DNA of 64,000 bases, from assembly GCA_902788415.1 (NCBI GenBank), contig CADAKF010000001.1:9592-73591 (forward strand), written 5' to 3'. The stretch's first letter is position 1. Each line of letters begins with the position of its first letter. This document shows, piece after piece, positions 59,205 to 64,000 of this stretch. Below the pieces are notes generated by a model. That model had not been told where the DNA came from, did no database searches, and saw nothing but the letters and a program-made list of their open reading frames with translations. The stretch comes from an uncultured bacterium. Lineage in GTDB: Bacteria > Verrucomicrobiota > Kiritimatiellia > RFP12 > UBA1067. Position numbers and translations under genes: made by a program.

Positions 59205-61004
59205 CTATCCCAAATTCCAACCGAATACGCCGATCGCATCCGCAACGGCGGAAAGGTAGTTGGCCTCGTCGTCCGTGACGACCCGGTCCTCGGAGACGAC
59301 CGCCTTGAGCGTTGCGAGATATTCCTGCTTGATGACGAGCGACAGCGAACGGAGCGCGTCGAGGTCGGCGAACAGGCGACGGACGCTCTCAAGGGGCGCC
59401 GGACGCTCCGGCCAGCCGGGGAAGAAGACCGCCAGCCTCCTCCGCGCAAGTTCATAGGCCGCATCGCCGTTGGCGCCATACGCGGCGACCGTCGAGACCA
59501 CTTCCGCCGCGGGTTGAGTCAGATAGGCCGGCTTCCTCACCGGCGGCGGAGCGGACGCCCGCAGGCGGCGGCGCACCGCGCAGAGGAGCATGAACCCGAA
59601 CGAGCCGACCTCGCCTCCGTCCTTCGCCGCCGTCTCGATGCGATCCGCCCAGGCGGCGATCTCCGACTCCGTTCCCTGCTGGCGCAACGTCGCCACCGCC
59701 TTGTACGCAACGATCCGTCTCTCCTTCGCGGACATCTCCCCCGACCACTCCGCCGGCGCCACGCCTTGGGCGAGTCCGCACAGCACCGCTCCCGACCCCG
59801 CCGACGTGCGCAGCCGCGCCATCAATTCAGGCGGAATCCGGACGGACTGCGGACTAAAGAGCGCCTCCACGCTCTTCGCCTTGCAGTACTCCTCGTGATT
59901 GCGCTTGACCTGCGCCTCGCGATCCTTCCGAACACAGGCCAAGCGCTCGCGAAACCGTCCGTCGTTCGCCGACAGGCCTAACCGCGACAGCCGCGCCACG
60001 CGGTCGGCAACCGGCGGATGCATGTCGGCGCGCCCCCAGTCCTCCCCGATGAAGAACATGTGGCAGACGTTGGCGACGGATCCGCTGCGGTTCGTCCAGC
60101 CCGCATGCTTCAGAAGTCGCGAAAACCGGAGCGCGTCCGCCAGCCCCTCCGGATTGCGCGTGAACTGCACGGCCGCGGCGTCCGCCAGGAACTCCCGCTC
60201 GCGCGAGACCGCCCCCTGGAGGATGCGCGCGAAGAAGACGCCGCCGAGTCCGATCAGCCACAGCGCCGCGCCGGTGACGACATAGACGAGCACCAGCAAG
60301 CCGAAAGCAGATCCGCCCCCCTTTGTCGAACCACCGCGGCATCCGCCCCAGTGAAACGAGCGAGAATCCTCGTCGTCCTCGATCCGAAAGAGCCCGCCGA
60401 ACGGACGGAGCATCGTCCGCCCAAGCGTACTGATGCCGCTCAAGCCCTCGACCAGCGCCACCAGACGCGAGTTGAGGCGCATGTCGCCGTTCAGGATGTG
60501 TCCGAACTCGTGGGCGACGACGCCCTGCAGCTCGTCCCGCGTCAGGTAGCGGAGCGCGCCCGCCGTGACGCAAACCGCCGCATCCCCTTCGCCGAAGCCC
60601 GCGGCAAGGGCGTTGACGCCCCGGTCGTCGTCCTGCACCCAGACGGACGGCAGGTCCACGCCGGAGGCGATGGACATCTCCTCGACGACATTGAGGAGCA
60701 CCTGTTCGTCCTGCCGTCGCGCCGACCGTGCGCCGACGCGGCGCATCAGCGCCTTGCCGGAGCTGATGCGCGAATACGCGACAAGCGCGCTCAAAACGAC
60801 GATGGCGGCCGCGAGCGGATACGCCACGGCCGCCGACTCGGCCGCCGGCGCCAGGTGGCTGCTAAATGCCAGCCAAGTGAAGCGAATCGCCCAGGAGAGA
60901 ATCCATCCGGTGATCGCCGCGACCGGCAGCAGAAACACAACGGCGGCGACCGTCAGCGCCGCCGACTTCTTGCGCGCCGCCTCCTGCTGTGCAAGGAAGT
61001 CCAT
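59205..61004 (-). CDS. M48-family (HtpX-like) zinc metallopeptidase with a long C-terminal domain
   Basis: VVAHEFGHILNGD (HExxH) between TM helices; about 300-aa C-terminal extension. Confidence 0.75.
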   Translation of the reverse strand: MDFLAQQEAARKKSAALTVAAVVFLLPVAAITGWILSWAIRFTWLAFSSHLAPAAESAAVAYPLAAAIVVLSALVAYSRISSGKALMRRVGARSARRQDEQVLLNVVEEMSIASGVDLPSVWVQDDDRGVNALAAGFGEGDAAVCVTAGALRYLTRDELQGVVAHEFGHILNGDMRLNSRLVALVEGLSGISTLGRTMLRPFGGLFRIEDDEDSRSFHWGGCRGGSTKGGGSAFGLLVLVYVVTGAALWLIGLGGVFFARILQGAVSREREFLADAAAVQFTRNPEGLADALRFSRLLKHAGWTNRSGSVANVCHMFFIGEDWGRADMHPPVADRVARLSRLGLSANDGRFRERLACVRKDREAQVKRNHEEYCKAKSVEALFSPQSVRIPPELMARLRTSAGSGAVLCGLAQGVAPAEWSGEMSAKERRIVAYKAVATLRQQGTESEIAAWADRIETAAKDGGEVGSFGFMLLCAVRRRLRASAPPPVRKPAYLTQPAAEVVSTVAAYGANGDAAYELARRRLAVFFPGWPERPAPLESVRRLFADLDALRSLSLVIKQEYLATLKAVVSEDRVVTDDEANYLSAVADAIGVFGWNLG

Positions 61005-61005
61005 C

Positions 61006-61608
61006 TCAGAACTTCACCTGCGGAGCCGTGCGCTCGGCCTCGGACTGCGTCGCCTCGAGCAGCGACGCGGGCGCGAAGTTGAAGCACCCCGCAACCAGCG
61101 ACGAGGGGAACACCTCACGCTTCACGTTATAGGCCATCACCTCATCGTTGTAGTGCTGACGCGCAAAGGCGATGCGGTTTTCGGTCGAGGCGAGCTCTTC
61201 GCTCACGCGGGACATCTGACCATCCGCCTTCAAGTCGGGATACCGCTCGGCGACCGCCATCAGCCGCGAAAGGACGCCGGCGAGCCCGGTCTCCGCCTGC
61301 GCGAACGCGCGCATCGCCGTCGCGTCACCCGGCATCTTCGCGAGCGCCTCCGCCGCACCGGCCGCCTGGTTGCGCGCGGCAATCACCGCCTCCAGCGTCT
61401 CGCGCTCGTGTTTGAGGTAGCCCTTCGCCGTCTCGACGAGATTCGGAATGAGGTCATACCGCCGCTTGAGTTGCACGTCAATCTGCGCGTAGGCGTTCTT
61501 GTACCTGTTACGCAGCACCACGAGTCCGTTGTAGAGCCCGATGCCCCACAAAACAAGCAACACGACAACGCCGATAACAACACCAAGTGTAACGAGAACC
61601 GCCATCAT
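61006..61608 (-). CDS. lemA: LemA-family protein
   Basis: Single N-terminal TM plus YNGLVVLRNRYKNAYAQIDVQLKRRYDLIPNLVETAKGY LemA signature. Confidence 0.85.
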   Translation of the reverse strand: MMAVLVTLGVVIGVVVLLVLWGIGLYNGLVVLRNRYKNAYAQIDVQLKRRYDLIPNLVETAKGYLKHERETLEAVIAARNQAAGAAEALAKMPGDATAMRAFAQAETGLAGVLSRLMAVAERYPDLKADGQMSRVSEELASTENRIAFARQHYNDEVMAYNVKREVFPSSLVAGCFNFAPASLLEATQSEAERTAPQVKF

Positions 61609-61637
61609 CTTTTTATCTCCTTGTCGATCATATTATA

Positions 61638-62864
61638 TCACGCCTTTTTCTTGAGCACCACGAGCGTCTCGAACCGCGCCGTGCGCGGGAACATGTTGAA
61701 CCAGCGAACGGACTCGATGTCGTATCCGCGGCAAATCGTCTTGAGGTCCCTGACCAGCGTCGCCGGATCGCAGCTGACGTAGAAGATGCGCGGCGCCTTC
61801 GACTCCGCAAGCCACATCGGCACGTTCGACTCCATCCCGTCCCGCGGCGGATCGACGATCACCGTCGTATGTCCGTTGACGGAGATGCGCCTCAGGTTCT
61901 GTCCGACCCGTTCCGCCCAGAACTTCGCATTCGCAAACTTCTGCGCCGCGGCATTTCTTTTCGCGAAGTCGATGGCCTGACGCCCCGACTCGATGCCAGT
62001 CAGTTTCGGCGGATTGCAGCAGAGCCCGAACACGCCAACGCCGCAGTAGAGGTCGACGATCTCCGGCGCGTCCTTCGCGCCCTTCTCGTACTCGGCGACA
62101 ACCGTCTTCACGAGCTCCTCGCCGACCTCGGGATTCACCTGGTAGAAGCCGTCGGCGGGAACCTCGAAGTCCCTGCCGCACGTCGTCTCCTTGAGGACAA
62201 GCCCCTTCGGCGCATCGCCAACCCACCACTTGACGCCCGTCTTCGCCGTCCAGCGCACGGTCACGTTGCCCTTGCGTTCGGTGTCGCGGCGGACTGCCTC
62301 CGGCCCGGTCGTCAGGAGCGTCAGTACGGCCTTGCGGATCTCACCGAGCTTCGCGTTGATCTCGGGACGCGCCAGCGGATCCGACTCAACATCGACAATC
62401 TCATGGCTCGGCTCCGTCCGATACCCGATCGCCCACTTGCCCTTCTGCTTCGCAAAGTGATAAACGACCTTGTTGCGGTAGTTAAGCGGTTGAGCGGTTA
62501 AGCGGTTAATCGGTTGAGTCGTTTGCGGGATGACCAGCCTCGCGCGTTCAAAGAACTCGCGCAGCTGCTGCTCCTTCGCCTCGCACTCGCCCTTGTAGCT
62601 GAGATCGGCGTAGACCATCCCGGGAACCCTGATCCCTGATCCCTGACCCCTGATCCCTATCGTCGGATCGTCCATGCGATCCGGCGACTTCTCGACGACT
62701 TCAACGAGCCGCGCCTTGACGAAGTGCTTCTTCTCCTCGACGATCTCGGCCCGCACCTGTTCGCCGGCCCAGGCGCCGGGCACGAAGACGACGCGCCCGT
62801 CGCCGAGACGGCCGAGGCCGTCCCCGCCGTAGACGTTCTTCGCGATGTAGACGGTCGAGATCAT
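61638..62864 (-). CDS. rlmD: 23S rRNA (uracil-5)-methyltransferase RlmD/RumA family, with in-frame repeat insertions
   Basis: TRAM N-terminus; VDLYCGVGVFG SAM motif; TVIVDPPRDG; insertions TTQPINRLTAQPLN and GIRGQGSGIRVPG are encoded by tandem repeats. Confidence 0.8.
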   Translation of the reverse strand: MISTVYIAKNVYGGDGLGRLGDGRVVFVPGAWAGEQVRAEIVEEKKHFVKARLVEVVEKSPDRMDDPTIGIRGQGSGIRVPGMVYADLSYKGECEAKEQQLREFFERARLVIPQTTQPINRLTAQPLNYRNKVVYHFAKQKGKWAIGYRTEPSHEIVDVESDPLARPEINAKLGEIRKAVLTLLTTGPEAVRRDTERKGNVTVRWTAKTGVKWWVGDAPKGLVLKETTCGRDFEVPADGFYQVNPEVGEELVKTVVAEYEKGAKDAPEIVDLYCGVGVFGLCCNPPKLTGIESGRQAIDFAKRNAAAQKFANAKFWAERVGQNLRRISVNGHTTVIVDPPRDGMESNVPMWLAESKAPRIFYVSCDPATLVRDLKTICRGYDIESVRWFNMFPRTARFETLVVLKKKA

Positions 62865-64000
62865 TTCACGAACTTCACGACGAAGCCGCCGCCCTTCGCC
62901 ATGCGAAAGACAATCTTCTCGCCGGCCTTGACGGACTTGCCCTTCTCATGGACGTAATGCGTCGGCGCGGAATCCGAGTCCGCCGCGTCGCGGAAGACCT
63001 CCGCCGTCCAGTTTCCGGAACCAAGGAAGGATGTGTCAAGCGTGAACTCGCGCGCCTCGCTCGCGTTGAGCGCCGCCGCGTACCACGCGCCGTCCTTCGC
63101 CTTGCGCGCGACCGCGGCGAACTTGCGCGGACACCCGCCGAGGCCGACCGTGTCGGCCCAGACGACCGGCGTCGCCGCCATGAACGCGAAGCACTCCATG
63201 TTCTTCTCGTAGTTGGTCGGGCTGTCGCTCAGCATCTGGAGCGGCGCCTCGTAGGCGACCATCATCGCCATCTGGTGGCAGCGCGTGCCCTCCGAGCCGG
63301 GGTTGATCCAGGGATTGAAGTCCGCCGTCTTTTTCGGATACTTCCCGACCGGATAATTCACCATCGCGCCCGGCGTGTAGTCCATCGGACCGGCCGTCTG
63401 GCGTCCGAAGAACGCCGCGACGTCGTTCGCCATGAAGTCATAGGCGCCGCCGAACCACTTCATCTGCTCGAGGCCGTGTATGCCCTCGTAGTTGAGGACG
63501 TTCGGATAGGCGCGGCTCATGCCGGTCGGACGGTGCGCGCCGTGGTAGTCGATGACCATGCGGTTGCGCGCGCAGGCGTCCGCGAACTTCCAGAGGAAGC
63601 GCTCGACCTCCGCGTCGCCGCGGTCCATGAAGTCCACCTTGAAGCCCTTCGCGCCGAGCTTGGCGAAGTGCGAGGCGACCCGCTCCTCGTCCCCGACGAC
63701 CTGCGCCCACGCCATCCAGAGGATGATGCCGACGCCCTTCTTGTTCGCATAGTCGATGAGATGCGGCACGTCCACCCGCGGATGGAACTTCCAGATGTTC
63801 AGCTTCTCGCTCCAGCCCTCGTCGAAGATGACGTACTCGACGCCGGTCTTCGCCGCGAAATCGATAAAACGCTCGTAGGTCTTCGTCGTGCAGCCCTTCT
63901 CCTCGCCCAGGTTGTCGAAAGCGTTCCACCAGTCCCACGCGACCTTGCCCGGCTTCACCCACGAGAAGTCGTACTTCGCCTGCGGCGCGGAGAGCGCCTG
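62861..64000 (-). CDS. Glycoside hydrolase, GH97-like, N-terminus probably beyond the window end
   Basis: GFKVDFMDRGD and DYHGAHRPTG resemble the GH97 catalytic region; 365 aa is the C-terminal half of a typical GH97; ATGA overlap with rlmD. Confidence 0.5.
   Translation of the reverse strand, partial: QALSAPQAKYDFSWVKPGKVAWDWWNAFDNLGEEKGCTTKTYERFIDFAAKTGVEYVIFDEGWSEKLNIWKFHPRVDVPHLIDYANKKGVGIILWMAWAQVVGDEERVASHFAKLGAKGFKVDFMDRGDAEVERFLWKFADACARNRMVIDYHGAHRPTGMSRAYPNVLNYEGIHGLEQMKWFGGAYDFMANDVAAFFGRQTAGPMDYTPGAMVNYPVGKYPKKTADFNPWINPGSEGTRCHQMAMMVAYEAPLQMLSDSPTNYEKNMECFAFMAATPVVWADTVGLGGCPRKFAAVARKAKDGAWYAAALNASEAREFTLDTSFLGSGNWTAEVFRDAADSDSAPTHYVHEKGKSVKAGEKIVFRMAKGGGFVVKFVK

Overview
High-GC bacterial chromosomal segment transcribed almost entirely from the minus strand; nearly every long plus-strand ORF in the track is antisense to a better minus-strand gene. 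Gene content and prepilin N-termini suggest a PVC-like, Gram-negative lineage, but that is inference only. Contents, right to left: a type II secretion pseudopilin operon (gspG-H-I-J-K) headed by an unknown EF-hand membrane protein and followed by a frameshifted folD and a secreted beta-helix protein; housekeeping genes (tRNA-Arg, smc-like, yebC, infA, rsmE, phoA, aspS, ppiC, recO, ligA, kdsB, parA, lnt, lysA, ileS, der, hisD, fabZ, fabF, dapB, miaB, rlmD); a PilB/PilT/GspE ATPase trio; a MurU-AmgK cell-wall-recycling fusion; AzlCD; a VapBC toxin-antitoxin pair; and LemA with an M48 peptidase. The most striking property is a dense population of short repeat families: palindromic or tandem units of 6-45 nt that are built into intergenic spacers and also inserted in-frame into many unrelated essential genes, in the manner of Rickettsia palindromic elements. 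Also notable are a tRNA with class-II architecture but a UGU anticodon, an 834-aa SMC with no recognisable hinge, and a folD missing about 50 bp across its NAD(P)-binding motif. Coordinates for repeats and regulatory sites are approximate (within about 10 nt); CDS coordinates follow the ORF track, with starts re-picked where stated.
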